A DNA stretch of 64,000 nucleotides, taken from positions 1,140 through 65,139 of the forward strand of contig CAZSKF010000001.1 of the NCBI GenBank assembly GCA_964607405.1, written 5' to 3'. The position numbers and the translations under genes are program-made. Positions 1 to 10,169 of the stretch are shown here, one piece after another. The notes beneath the pieces are model-generated. The model made no database searches and was not told the DNA's origin. It saw nothing but the letters and a program-made list of their open reading frames with translations. Source of the DNA: an uncultured Proteiniphilum sp. (lineage in GTDB: Bacteria > Bacteroidota > Bacteroidia > Bacteroidales > Dysgonomonadaceae). The number at the start of each line of letters is the position of its first letter. The first letter of the stretch is position 1.

Positions 1-2379
1 AACAATGTCAAGAACTTGGTCAAACATACTCATCAGCAATGTATTCTTTTGAGTGCGCTCTATTACGCCCGACGTGGCAATGAAAACAGATGCTTTAGGA
101 TTTTGCATTTGTCTGTTGAAGATGTTTTCAGATTTGCCTGTTTTCAGATCAAGAGCAACTTTAGTGAAATCTCCCTTAACAGCCTCACCGGGTATAGAAG
201 CAAGATATTGCTCCACTACGGGCTTAATGTTATCCTCATCAATATTTCCTACAAATGTGAATACAAAGCTACCAGGATTGCTAAACTGTTGTTTATACAT
301 CTCCATAATTCTGTCGTAGTTTATATTCTCCAGGTCGGTCACTTTTAGTCTGTTGGTAAGCTCGCGGTCGCCATATAGGGCGTGAGTTATTGCATCGCTA
401 AATGCTACCATTGGCTCTGCCTCTTGGTTTTTTAGTTGGCTACCCAAACGTTGGATAAATGATTCGAACGCCTCTGCATCACTTCTTGGAGATGTGAAAT
501 ATAGATATACCAATTGTAGCATCACTTCAAAGTCTCTAATAGTAGAAGAGCCATTAAAACCTTGTGTGGTCATAGCAATAGTAGGACGGGCTGAAGCTGA
601 CTTGCCTGCAAGTGCTTTAGTAAGGCCTGTAGAGCTGAAATTGCCCACACCACCAAGTGTCATAACGCTTGACATAATCTTAGAGTTAAGCGGATCATTA
701 TCAGCAAATGCTGAATATCCACCAAAGCTTGATGCAGTCATTAAAATTTGGTCGTCTTTGAAGTCTGTTGACTTCAATACTACTTTCATGCCATTGCTCA
801 ATGTCCAAACAGTTGCGCCAAGGGTTTCATCTTTTTCTACATTTACAATAGAACCTGCTACAGGCTCAGTAGAAATTAGAGGTTCGTCAGAAGCCTCTTC
901 CTGATGTGCTTCAATTTCTTCTGCTTTAACACCATTGATAACTGCCAAGATTTCTTCAGAAGTTGGGAAAGTCAATCCATCTTTCTCAGGACCGGTGATG
1001 GCAACTACCATGTTTTCATCCTGTATCAATTGCTCTACAAATTGATTGATTGCTTCCACAGGAATGTTTGGAGCAATCATATTCATCATGTTGTACTCAT
1101 ATTCTATTCCGGGAATTGCTTCGCTGTCGGTAAAGTGTCTTACATACTCTTGCGTGTAGCTGTCAGTGCGCTCTTTGTCGCGATTGTTGTATGCATTTTC
1201 GTAAGAAGTCAATAAGTTAGTGCGAGCGCGCTCATACTCAGAGGCTGTAAATCCAAATCTCTTCATTCTTTCAGACTCTCGCACCAAAGCTGCTATAGCG
1301 TCTTCCACTTTATCTTCGGCTGCACCACCTACCACTGTCCATGCGTCTTTAGTTTTTGCCACAAAGTAAGCTCCATCATAAGCATAAGCTGATGTGAAAG
1401 GAGCATTTGGCTTTTGAACTATCTCTTGGAAGCGCTCATTAATCATTCTGGAGGCTACCGACTTAACGTAATTGACAATAAGTCCTGCTTGAGACAATTT
1501 AATTTCGTCAGGATTAGCATCATGTTTGTAGAATATCATTATCTGAGTGTTTGTTGACTCAGGATCTGTAGCTACAGTGATTATTGGCTCTTTATTATCA
1601 GGCACGGGGAAGTATTCGCGATGAGCAGGATTTTCGTGAGCTGGTATTTTGCTAAATAGTTCTTTTACTTTAGCTTCCATTTCATCTACATCAAAGTCAC
1701 CTACCACAATAATTCCTTGTAGGTCGGGACGATACCATTTGTGATAATAATCTCTAATTTCTTGTGGTTTGAAGTTGTTTATTACATCAATATCACCAAT
1801 TGGCATACGGTTAGCATACTTGCTATCGGGATACATAACGGGCAATAGTTTTTCCCACAAACGTTGCTGAGCACCGCCTCTGGTTCTCCACTCTTCACGA
1901 ATTACTCCGCGCTCGCTATCAATCTCACTCTCTTCGAGTGCTATGCCGCACGACCAGTCGTAAAGAACAAGTAGAACTGAGTCAACCAAGTTTTGATTGT
2001 CAGTAGGAACTTTAGAAACGTAATAAACTGTTTCATCAAATGAAGTATAGGCATTGATGTTGGTACCAAACTTTATACCATTGTCTTGAAGATATTCAAG
2101 CATTGTTTTGCCGGGGAAGTTGGTAGTACCATTAAATGCCATATGCTCAAGGAAGTGAGCCAAGCCGGCTTGACTATCCTCCTCTTGCATCGAACCCACT
2201 TTTTGAGCTATATAAAAGTCAGCCCTATTTTCTGGTTGCTTATTGTGTCTGACATAATAAGTAAGCCCATTCTCCAACACACCCATTCTCAGGTTAGGGT
2301 CAATTGGCTGAGGTGGGTTTTGTTGCGCCATAGCAGCAAAAGTCACTACTATTAGCAGCATTGATAAAAGTTTTTTCAT
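1..2379 (-). CDS. M16 family zinc peptidase (PqqL-like), signal peptide; 3' end runs off the window
   Basis: Not in the ORF track (no stop in window). Manual translation from ATG at 2379: MKKLLSMLLIVVTFAAMAQQ...GVLENGLTYYVRHN...AGLAHFLEHMAFNGT (inverted HxxEH zincin motif). The same frame reads MFDQVLDIV at the left edge. Confidence 0.92.
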   Translation of the reverse strand, partial: MKKLLSMLLIVVTFAAMAQQNPPQPIDPNLRMGVLENGLTYYVRHNKQPENRADFYIAQKVGSMQEEDSQAGLAHFLEHMAFNGTTNFPGKTMLEYLQDNGIKFGTNINAYTSFDETVYYVSKVPTDNQNLVDSVLLVLYDWSCGIALEESEIDSERGVIREEWRTRGGAQQRLWEKLLPVMYPDSKYANRMPIGDIDVINNFKPQEIRDYYHKWYRPDLQGIIVVGDFDVDEMEAKVKELFSKIPAHENPAHREYFPVPDNKEPIITVATDPESTNTQIMIFYKHDANPDEIKLSQAGLIVNYVKSVASRMINERFQEIVQKPNAPFTSAYAYDGAYFVAKTKDAWTVVGGAAEDKVEDAIAALVRESERMKRFGFTASEYERARTNLLTSYENAYNNRDKERTDSYTQEYVRHFTDSEAIPGIEYEYNMMNMIAPNIPVEAINQFVEQLIQDENMVVAITGPEKDGLTFPTSEEILAVINGVKAEEIEAHQEEASDEPLISTEPVAGSIVNVEKDETLGATVWTLSNGMKVVLKSTDFKDDQILMTASSFGGYSAFADNDPLNSKIMSSVMTLGGVGNFSSTGLTKALAGKSASARPTIAMTTQGFNGSSTIRDFEVMLQLVYLYFTSPRSDAEAFESFIQRLGSQLKNQEAEPMVAFSDAITHALYGDRELTNRLKVTDLENINYDRIMEMYKQQFSNPGSFVFTFVGNIDEDNIKPVVEQYLASIPGEAVKGDFTKVALDLKTGKSENIFNRQMQNPKASVFIATSGVIERTQKNTLLMSMFDQVLDIV

Positions 2380-2420
2380 ATTTATCTCTCTGTTTTATTA
2401 TTAAAAATATATTTCGAAGC

Positions 2421-3287
2421 TTAGATTCTATCAAGAACTACTTTCAATAAATCCTCAATAGAACCTTTATAGTTTGCATTAGAATCTAAAGCTACTCTAT
2501 TGGCAATGATGGCACAAACGGTCATAGCCTTATGTCCCATCATTTTGCTTAGGCCTGCAATGGCCGAGCTCTCCATTTCATAGTTGGTGATGGAGCTATC
2601 GTTATACCTAAAAGACTCGATTTGTGCATTAAGATTGGGTTCGGCGAGGGGAAGCCTAACATGTCTGCCCTGAGGGCCATAAAAGCCTATTGCCGAAATG
2701 GTAACCCCTTTGATCATGTCGTATCCTATCCTGTCAACCAACTCCTCATCCGAGCTAACAACGTATGGCGAGCAATGATAGGGCGACCAATTAACCTGCT
2801 TCTGAAAAGCATCTTCAAAGTCGATATCACATACATCTCTAGAACCGGCATAATAATGCAGAACTCCATCAAAACCTATCGATTTTTCGGAAACCACATA
2901 CGAGCCCACAGGGCAATGGGGTTGCATTCCGCCCGAAGTTCCCACTCTAATCATGGTTAGCTGCTTAAACTCTTCTTTGACTGTTCTTGTTTCAAAATCA
3001 ATGTTGGCCAATGCATCTAACTCGGTGAGCACAATGTCGATATTATCAGTGCCAATCCCATGAGAAATAACTGTGATTCTTTTTCCTTTATACATTCCCG
3101 TTACGGTGTGAAACTCTCTACTCTGTATATCACACTCTATGCTGTCAAAAAAAGAAGCAGTAAGGGTTACCCTCTCCGGGTCGCCCATCATTACTATCTT
3201 ATCTGATAGTTGTTCGGGTTTTATATGCAGATGAAAAACACTTCCATCGGGATTAATTATAAATTCTGAATTTGGTATTATTCTCAT
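2421..3287 (-). CDS. Nucleoside (uridine/purine) phosphorylase, PNP_UDP_1 family
   Basis: GDPERV, HGIGTDN, RVGTSG, GFYGPQGR and NYEMES motifs. Confidence 0.9.
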   Translation of the reverse strand: MRIIPNSEFIINPDGSVFHLHIKPEQLSDKIVMMGDPERVTLTASFFDSIECDIQSREFHTVTGMYKGKRITVISHGIGTDNIDIVLTELDALANIDFETRTVKEEFKQLTMIRVGTSGGMQPHCPVGSYVVSEKSIGFDGVLHYYAGSRDVCDIDFEDAFQKQVNWSPYHCSPYVVSSDEELVDRIGYDMIKGVTISAIGFYGPQGRHVRLPLAEPNLNAQIESFRYNDSSITNYEMESSAIAGLSKMMGHKAMTVCAIIANRVALDSNANYKGSIEDLLKVVLDRI

Positions 3288-3317
3288 AACTATACGGTGT
3301 GTTTATTAATTAACTTA

Positions 3318-4313
3318 TTACTTTTTATTCTCAGTTTTGCCTCCGCCTTGCGGTCTCGAAATAGAGTCGCGCATATCTGTATCAGCTTTGATATTTTCCA
3401 TGCGATAATAATCCATGATTCCCAGATTTCCGCTTCTGAAAGCCTCTGCCATAGCAATAGGCACCTGAGCTTCTGCTTCAATAACTTTGGCACGAGCCTC
3501 TTGTGCTTTTGCCTTCATTTCTTGTTCTTGGGCTATAGCCATTGCACGTCTCTCTTCGGCACGTGCTTGGGCAATATTCTTATCTGCCTGGGCTTGGTCC
3601 ATTTGCAAAACAGCACCAATGTTCTTACCGATATCAATATCAGCAATGTCGATAGATAGGATTTCAAACGCAGTACCGGCATCAAGTCCTTTTCTAAGCA
3701 CTAGTTTTGAAATAGAATCGGGATTCTCTAACACAGACTTGTGTGAAGATGCAGAACCAATTGATGATACAATACCCTCGCCCACTCGCGCCAATATTGT
3801 TTCTTCGCCGGCACCCCCTACTAGCTGCTTAATGTTAGCTCTAACTGTAACACGAGCTTTGGCTATCAACTGGATACCATCTATAGCAACTGCAGAAACC
3901 GGAGGAGTGTCAATTACTTTTGGGTTAACCGACATTCTAACAGCTTCCAATACATCACGTCCTGCCAAGTCTATGGCTGTGGCCATCTGGAAAGGTAGTT
4001 CAATATTGGCTTTATTAGCAGACACCAGTGCGTGAACAACTTGCTCTACATGACCTCCGGCCAAATAGTGCGCCTCTAAATTATCACGAGTAACATCCTT
4101 AAGACCCGCTTTGTGTGCCTCAATAAGTGCATACACAATAGTATGAGGAGGAACGCGACGCAGACGCATTAGGAATAGTTGCAACAACGAAATCCTTACG
4201 TTTGCCGACAGTGCATTAATCCACAAGAAGAACGGGACGTAATGAAAAAAGATTAATAGGAATACCACAATAACGACTATTGTGATAACCAATGGTAAAG
4301 AAAATGGAGTCAT
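3318..4313 (-). CDS. floA: Flotillin-like protein FloA (YqfA/UPF0365)
   Basis: N-terminal TM; [18 protein letters not shown] and [13 protein letters not shown] motifs; coiled-coil C-terminus; next to an NfeD gene. Confidence 0.92.
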   Translation of the reverse strand: MTPFSLPLVITIVVIVVFLLIFFHYVPFFLWINALSANVRISLLQLFLMRLRRVPPHTIVYALIEAHKAGLKDVTRDNLEAHYLAGGHVEQVVHALVSANKANIELPFQMATAIDLAGRDVLEAVRMSVNPKVIDTPPVSAVAIDGIQLIAKARVTVRANIKQLVGGAGEETILARVGEGIVSSIGSASSHKSVLENPDSISKLVLRKGLDAGTAFEILSIDIADIDIGKNIGAVLQMDQAQADKNIAQARAEERRAMAIAQEQEMKAKAQEARAKVIEAEAQVPIAMAEAFRSGNLGIMDYYRMENIKADTDMRDSISRPQGGGKTENKK

Positions 4314-4397
4314 AATATAAATTGTTTTTATAGTTATATTTAATATTTAGTTCAGGTACTATGGTTTAGGTTTATCAATATACGCAAAGTATCATAC

Positions 4398-4889
4398 TCA
4401 ATACGATACTGAGCTGTGCTTGGGCTTGACCACCACGTTGAACGAATCAACCGAGACAACAACTACCTCCGTATCCTCATCGATAAGTTCTCCATTAAAG
4501 GACTTACCCTCAACCATGGTTTCTCCAAACATTACTCTTCCAATAGGATTAAGGCGAGACACTGCAACGCCAATATCCCCTTTGGCAATTTCTTTCAACT
4601 CACTCTTGTCAACTGTTTCCGAAATGTCGGCAGTGAGTGCTATCTTTTTGAGAGTTTTTGATCTAATCAACCAAATTATGGCACCTGTCAATAATAACAG
4701 GGACAAAAGCAGAGTAACTGTGCCTGCAACATCACCTACATTGGTATATGCATAATAAACTCCGCTACCCATTAGTGCTATTCCGCCAATTCCTGCAATG
4801 CCAAATCCGGGCAACAAGAAAATCTCTATCAGGAGAAGCAATACTCCCAACAAAACTAAGGCTGCTACAATTACTAAATAAAAGGTCAT
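4398..4889 (-). CDS. NfeD-like membrane protein
   Basis: Hydrophobic N-half with EIFLLPGFGIAGIGG; C-terminal OB-like GVAVSRLNPIG; directly upstream of floA. ATG at 4889 preferred over TTG at 4895. Confidence 0.85.
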   Translation of the reverse strand: MTFYLVIVAALVLLGVLLLLIEIFLLPGFGIAGIGGIALMGSGVYYAYTNVGDVAGTVTLLLSLLLLTGAIIWLIRSKTLKKIALTADISETVDKSELKEIAKGDIGVAVSRLNPIGRVMFGETMVEGKSFNGELIDEDTEVVVVSVDSFNVVVKPKHSSVSY

Positions 4890-4901
4890 AAGCAATATTT
4901 T

Positions 4902-6311
4902 TTAAAAGGTATTTCTGATCTCTTCATTCCTGGCGCGCATCATCAAAGATTTAACTTCAAGCTCGGTGCTTCTGATACTCTGTTCCAATTCTAAAATAGA
5001 AGATTTCACAGCATCGCCCCTTGATCCATTGGCAAATTGCTCACGTTTATAATCTAGTTCCTCTTTCATTTTCTCCAGCTTAGAACTAAGGTCTATTGAT
5101 TGCATAAACAATGCACGCGAACTGCCATGCTTAAAATCTGCCAAGGTGTAGTAAGTAATATTATCGTTGATAACAAATTCAAAATCTTTGAGGTCTTCTT
5201 TATCCTCCGTACTCTCAGCTTTGGCAAGCTCTATCATATCAGAATAATCGACACCCGCTTTCCAAGTGTCTTGTATGGATGAAATCCTAGCTCTACCAGC
5301 CAGATAATCCTCATCTTCATCATCAATCAACACTACTCTGCTTGACGGAATAAAAGTGTAGATACAAACAAAACCATCCTCCTGAAAGCGATCGCTGGCA
5401 AACCAACCCACACCTTTTTCTTCGTCTATTACCATCATATAGTCATTAAACGGAGAGTTGAAAGGCATGTTCAACTGATTGGGAGAAAGATAACTGTTAG
5501 TATTATAGTTATATCTGGTTACATACAAGTCATATCCGCCTAAGGATTCATGTCCCGTTGACGCAAAATATATAGTAACTCCATCATTCATTACAAATGG
5601 ATAGGCTTGGCTACCGGATTGATTTACTGCGTCAGACAGTGGCTTCTCATTACCAAAGTCATCAAGAAGTTTTTCCATAGAAAACAACTTGCTTTCACCA
5701 TTCACATCGTGCGAGTAATAGACTTTATCCTTACGCTCGCTCATAAATAGTGATTTGCCTGCAGATTCATTATTTTTGAAAAACTTATTTACTGGTTGCA
5801 ATGATCCAGCAGATGCACTTAGCTTATATGCCGACAGGAAATCTGATTTGGAAACTACAATGCTATCAATGATTTGCACATCTTCTGTTCGGCCTACCAT
5901 ACGCTCAAGGCGATCTATGTCATCACGCTTCTCATCAAGCTTGGCAAGCGCAGCCTTATTTCTTCTTTGTGCTTTTTCATACTTCACAAACTCCTTCTCT
6001 GCAGCATCAAACTTATATAGAAGACCATAGAGCTGACCCAAATAAAGATAGGCTTCAGTTATTTTCTTTTGAGATGCAAACTCAAGAAACTTTTGTGATT
6101 TTAAATATTGGCCTTGATTAAAAGCAATCACCCCCAACCAATGGTTAAGCTCGGCATTATTGGGAGTTTTTTCGTATGCTTCTTCAAACACAGGCTTGGC
6201 TCCTTCATAATTTCCCTCTTGATACCACTTTTTGGCATCATTTAAAGATTGCCCGCTCAGATAGGCCGGAACAATCAATAATACTATTAATATTATATGT
6301 TGAAGTTTCAT
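4902..6311 (-). CDS. Exported TPR-containing protein with a PD40/WD40-like segment
   Basis: Signal peptide, TPR-like helices, IYFAS..GGYDLYVT and MPFNSPFNDY; start chosen at MKLQHII. Confidence 0.75.
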   Translation of the reverse strand: MKLQHIILIVLLIVPAYLSGQSLNDAKKWYQEGNYEGAKPVFEEAYEKTPNNAELNHWLGVIAFNQGQYLKSQKFLEFASQKKITEAYLYLGQLYGLLYKFDAAEKEFVKYEKAQRRNKAALAKLDEKRDDIDRLERMVGRTEDVQIIDSIVVSKSDFLSAYKLSASAGSLQPVNKFFKNNESAGKSLFMSERKDKVYYSHDVNGESKLFSMEKLLDDFGNEKPLSDAVNQSGSQAYPFVMNDGVTIYFASTGHESLGGYDLYVTRYNYNTNSYLSPNQLNMPFNSPFNDYMMVIDEEKGVGWFASDRFQEDGFVCIYTFIPSSRVVLIDDEDEDYLAGRARISSIQDTWKAGVDYSDMIELAKAESTEDKEDLKDFEFVINDNITYYTLADFKHGSSRALFMQSIDLSSKLEKMKEELDYKREQFANGSRGDAVKSSILELEQSIRSTELEVKSLMMRARNEEIRNTF

Positions 6312-6427
6312 TATCAATTCGTAATATTTAATTTTCAAAGATAGTTAAATTATTGTAGTTTGTGAGGAGCAACTATAAAAAAAACACTACAATCAAAGCA
6401 ATACGTCACAAAAAACAAAGAGTTTTG

Positions 6428-6435
6428 TATCTTTG
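6428..6435 (+). promoter_or_regulatory. Bacteroidetes sigma-A -7 element for guaA
   Basis: TATCTTTG matches the TAnnTTTG consensus about 30 nt upstream of the ATG. Confidence 0.6.
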
Positions 6436-6464
6436 CACCATAAAATATGAAATAATTTAATCAT

Positions 6465-7985
6465 ATGAACGAAAAAATTATCATTCTCGATTTCGGTTCG
6501 CAAACCACCCAACTTTTAGGTCGTAGAATAAGAGAATTAAACACATTTTGCGAGATAGTTCCATTCAACAAGTTTCCTTATGATGATGATACAGTAAAAG
6601 GAGTTATTCTTTCGGGAAGCCCCTACTCTGTTCACAACGAGGAGGCATTCAAAGTTAATATTGATAACATCAGAAATAAATATCCTCTGTTGGCTTTGGG
6701 GTATGGTGCGCAGCTAATTGCAAACAATGATGGAGCAGTAATTGAAAAGTCTGATGAGAGACAGTATGAAAACAGCACTATCAATGTGATTGATACTAAC
6801 GATAATTTATTTAATAATATCCCTCACAGTTTTGATGCTTGGCTGTCAGTTTCTGATAATATGAGCAGTCTTCCTCAGTCATACAAAGTAATAGCTAATA
6901 CGGCTAATGATGCTGTTGCCGGTTATAAAATAGATAACGAGCCTACTTGGGGTTTTCAATTCCATCCTGAAGCTGCTAACTCTGAAGTTGGCAAACAGAT
7001 TCTGGATAATTTCTTAACTGCCTGCAAGTGCGAGCGAGATTGGAATCCCAAATCATTTGTTGATAGCACAGTAAAAAGACTTAAGGAAGAGCTCAAAGAT
7101 GATAAAGTTATTCTTGCACTTTCTGGCGGGGTTGACTCATCAGTTGTAGCAGTATTGCTAAACAAAGCAATTGGCAAAAACCTGACCTGTATATTTGTAG
7201 ATCATGGCTTGCTAAGAAAAAATGAATTTGAGAAAGTTCTTGAAGATTATGCACACCTTGGCCTTAACGTTATTGGTGTTGATGCCAAAGAACGTTTCTA
7301 TAAGGAATTGGCCGGAGTAAAAGATCCCGAAACAAAACGAAAAATAATAGGTAAAGGATTTATCGACGTATTTGATGAAGAGGCACACAAGCTGCAAGGC
7401 ATCAAATGGTTGGCACAGGGTACAATATATCCCGACATTATCGAATCCATTTCCGTTACGGGCACAACTATAAAAAGTCACCACAACGTGGGAGGTCTGC
7501 CTGAGAAGATGAACCTAAAACTATGTGAGCCATTAAGCTTATTATTTAAGGATGAAGTTCGCAAAATAGGGTTAGAGCTTGGCATGAAGCCTCATTTAAT
7601 CAACAGACACCCATTCCCGGGTCCTGGTCTTGGCATCAGAATATTAGGCGATATCACACCCGAGAAGGTAAGAATAATACAAGATGCTGATGATATTTAC
7701 GTTAGCATGCTTCGCGAGTATGATCTTTATGACAAAGTGTGGCAAGCCGGTGCAATACTTCTACCGGTTCAATCTGTAGGGGTATCAAATGATGAAAGAA
7801 CGTATGAGAATACAGTAGCATTGCGCGCAGTTACATCTGTAGATGCACTAACTGCCGATTGGTCTCGCCTTCCATATGAGTTCTTGGCAAAGGTATCTAA
7901 TGAAATTATCCTTAACGTGAAAGGAGTAAACAGAGTAGTTTATGATATCTCATCAAAACCACCGGCAACAATTGAGTGGGAATAA
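6465..7985 (+). CDS. guaA: GMP synthase; synthetase domain intact, glutaminase domain degenerate
   Basis: [19 protein letters not shown]-loop, [20 protein letters not shown]. The GATase motif reads ALGYGAQ instead of GICYGxQ. Confidence 0.93.
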   Translation: MNEKIIILDFGSQTTQLLGRRIRELNTFCEIVPFNKFPYDDDTVKGVILSGSPYSVHNEEAFKVNIDNIRNKYPLLALGYGAQLIANNDGAVIEKSDERQYENSTINVIDTNDNLFNNIPHSFDAWLSVSDNMSSLPQSYKVIANTANDAVAGYKIDNEPTWGFQFHPEAANSEVGKQILDNFLTACKCERDWNPKSFVDSTVKRLKEELKDDKVILALSGGVDSSVVAVLLNKAIGKNLTCIFVDHGLLRKNEFEKVLEDYAHLGLNVIGVDAKERFYKELAGVKDPETKRKIIGKGFIDVFDEEAHKLQGIKWLAQGTIYPDIIESISVTGTTIKSHHNVGGLPEKMNLKLCEPLSLLFKDEVRKIGLELGMKPHLINRHPFPGPGLGIRILGDITPEKVRIIQDADDIYVSMLREYDLYDKVWQAGAILLPVQSVGVSNDERTYENTVALRAVTSVDALTADWSRLPYEFLAKVSNEIILNVKGVNRVVYDISSKPPATIEWE

Positions 7986-8005
7986 TACTCACTGATATAT
8001 AATAT

Positions 8006-8040
8006 AAAAGCCGTCTCAATTTGGTTTGAGACGGCTTTTT
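8006..8040. terminator. Bidirectional intrinsic terminator between convergent guaA and HD-domain gene
   Basis: AAAAGCCGTCTCAA-tttggt-TTGAGACGGCTTTTT perfect stem with A and T tracts. Confidence 0.85.
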
Positions 8041-8058
8041 ATTATCTGTATAATATCG

Positions 8059-10122
8059 TTAATCCTTCAGTGTAGGATACACAATTCTTGTGTGATATAT
8101 TATCTTAAGTTTTTCCACAAACACATTCTTAACTGTCTCAATATCCTTGAACGTAATAGGCGCAAACTTGAAATATCCTTCTGCCACCTGATTATCGATA
8201 AGATTATCCACCAGCTTGCGAATACTCTCTTCAGTATATTCCTTCAAGCTACGTGAAGCCGCCTCAACAGTGTCAGCCATCATCAGAATAGCCGTTTCTT
8301 TAGAAAAAGGATTTGGCCCGGGATATCTAAACAAATCCTCATTGATCTCTTTACCCGGATTAGCATTCTTCCATGAAATATAAAAATACTTTGGCATACT
8401 GGTTCCATGATGAGTCTCAATAAATTCAATAATTTGTTTCGGTAAATTATGTTTGTGTGCAATCTTGACACCATCCCTAACGTGGTTAATTATTATTCGC
8501 GCACTCTCCTCAAAAGGCAGGCCCTCGTGGGGATTCATACCCGGAGTTTGATTTTCAGTAAAGAAAGCCGGATTAACCATCTTGCCAATATCGTGATACA
8601 AAGCACCAGTTCTGATTAACGAACTATTCGCTCCAATCTTTTCGGCTGCCTCCATTGCAAGATTTGAAACCTGCATGGAGTGTTGAAACGTTCCGGGTGC
8701 TTTTTCTGACAGTTCTTTAAGCAGTGGTTTATTGATATTTGACAACTCCACCAGGCTCACACCTGATATAAACCCGAAGGATTTCTCTATCAGGTAAACC
8801 AAAGAATAGGAGAACATTATAAATATAAAGTTGATAAGGAAGTATAGAAACATATACCAGTCCAAACCACTAATATCACCCTCCATATGAAGAACCAAAC
8901 CTACATAAGCAAGACTGTAGGTGAGTAAAATAAAGAATGAACTTCTTATCAGCTGCGAACGCTCGGAAAGCTCTTTCAACATAAATATTGAAATCATAGA
9001 CACCGTAGTCTGTATCACAATAAACTCAAACAAGAATGGAAGCATTAATCCACTCAATATTATTGTGATGAGACTGGCAAAGAGTGCCGTTCGAGAATCA
9101 ATAAACGTTCGGATAAGAATAGTGACTATTGCATAAGGTATGATATAGACATTAAACACATCAAACACCTTAACGCTCAGGGCCGTGAGAACCACAAATG
9201 TTATTATCAACAATAACATGAACAACACATGCTGCCTATTGCGATATTCATGTGGTCGGAAAAACAAAAGATACAAATAAAACGAGCCCATCATAATGAG
9301 CACCATAAGAGATTGTCCCACTATCTGCCACACTCTATTTCCCGTTCTGCCACTTCGCTCATCCGTAACTCGCTTTAATGAATTGAGAACCTCATACACT
9401 TGAGGCGAAACAATTTCACCTCTGTCTATAATCCTTTGTCCTGCCTGCACCATACCTCTTGAGGGAGACACTTGCTGTATAAATTCATTTCTAGCCTTCT
9501 CGGTAGTGCTGGCATCAAAAACAATATTCTCTCTTATATACTTATTAATTCTGGCATCTCTTATAGTACCCTCATCCATATCAGGCGGGGTATTATTTAT
9601 TATCTGTTCATATGCCGACTTGCTGGTATTTACATCCTCAATATCTTTTGATTCAGCCACATTACCTTCTTTTATTCTTAAAGACTGGCCCTCAGATTGA
9701 AAAACCCGGTCATAATCTTCAGAACTCATGATGCCGGAGCTATAAATCTCTAGGATGCTATTTCGCAAATAGTTCTTATATTTGGTCGAAAGCTCACTAA
9801 GATATGAGTCCAAATTAACATCCGCATCAAAATCGGCAATAGCATTTTTCTCAATCTCAGCATCGATAGTGAAGTACTCTTCAAAATAGCGCAATACACT
9901 ATCTTGTTGCTCCTTTAGCTCTTCTTTAGTTTTATAAATGGGGAAGTCGAAAGAGGCTGTCAATAGCTCATATTGCCAGGGTTTTCCCTCGGTGAAGGAA
10001 TACTTGAAACCGGACGACCTGGGAAAAATAAACATGATAAGAAAAACTGATAGAATAAACACCCCCGGCACAAAGTACTTTGTCTTTATTCTAAATCTCT
10101 TTTTTTTAGATTTTGCTTTCAT
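8059..10122 (-). CDS. 7TM-HD (HDIG) phosphohydrolase, PgpH-like cyclic-dinucleotide phosphodiesterase family
   Basis: Extracellular domain, multi-TM block, APGTFQHS, LYHDIGK, HHGT, MADTVEAASRSL. Confidence 0.88.
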   Translation of the reverse strand: MKAKSKKKRFRIKTKYFVPGVFILSVFLIMFIFPRSSGFKYSFTEGKPWQYELLTASFDFPIYKTKEELKEQQDSVLRYFEEYFTIDAEIEKNAIADFDADVNLDSYLSELSTKYKNYLRNSILEIYSSGIMSSEDYDRVFQSEGQSLRIKEGNVAESKDIEDVNTSKSAYEQIINNTPPDMDEGTIRDARINKYIRENIVFDASTTEKARNEFIQQVSPSRGMVQAGQRIIDRGEIVSPQVYEVLNSLKRVTDERSGRTGNRVWQIVGQSLMVLIMMGSFYLYLLFFRPHEYRNRQHVLFMLLLIITFVVLTALSVKVFDVFNVYIIPYAIVTILIRTFIDSRTALFASLITIILSGLMLPFLFEFIVIQTTVSMISIFMLKELSERSQLIRSSFFILLTYSLAYVGLVLHMEGDISGLDWYMFLYFLINFIFIMFSYSLVYLIEKSFGFISGVSLVELSNINKPLLKELSEKAPGTFQHSMQVSNLAMEAAEKIGANSSLIRTGALYHDIGKMVNPAFFTENQTPGMNPHEGLPFEESARIIINHVRDGVKIAHKHNLPKQIIEFIETHHGTSMPKYFYISWKNANPGKEINEDLFRYPGPNPFSKETAILMMADTVEAASRSLKEYTEESIRKLVDNLIDNQVAEGYFKFAPITFKDIETVKNVFVEKLKIIYHTRIVYPTLKD

Positions 10123-10169
10123 CTTATACCTCCCCTTTATTTATAAATTAAGTAAATGCTAATATTCAA

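Noticed and set aside
16-2355. Several + strand ORFs (16..348, 494..904, 904..1215, 2086..2355)
   Set aside because: They overlap the minus-strand M16 peptidase, which the ORF track missed because its stop lies outside the window.
3487-4035. 182-aa + strand ORF and the many other short overlapping ORFs in the track
   Set aside because: Antisense or off-frame shadows of well-supported genes (floA, ftsH, dnaA, infB, nusA and others).
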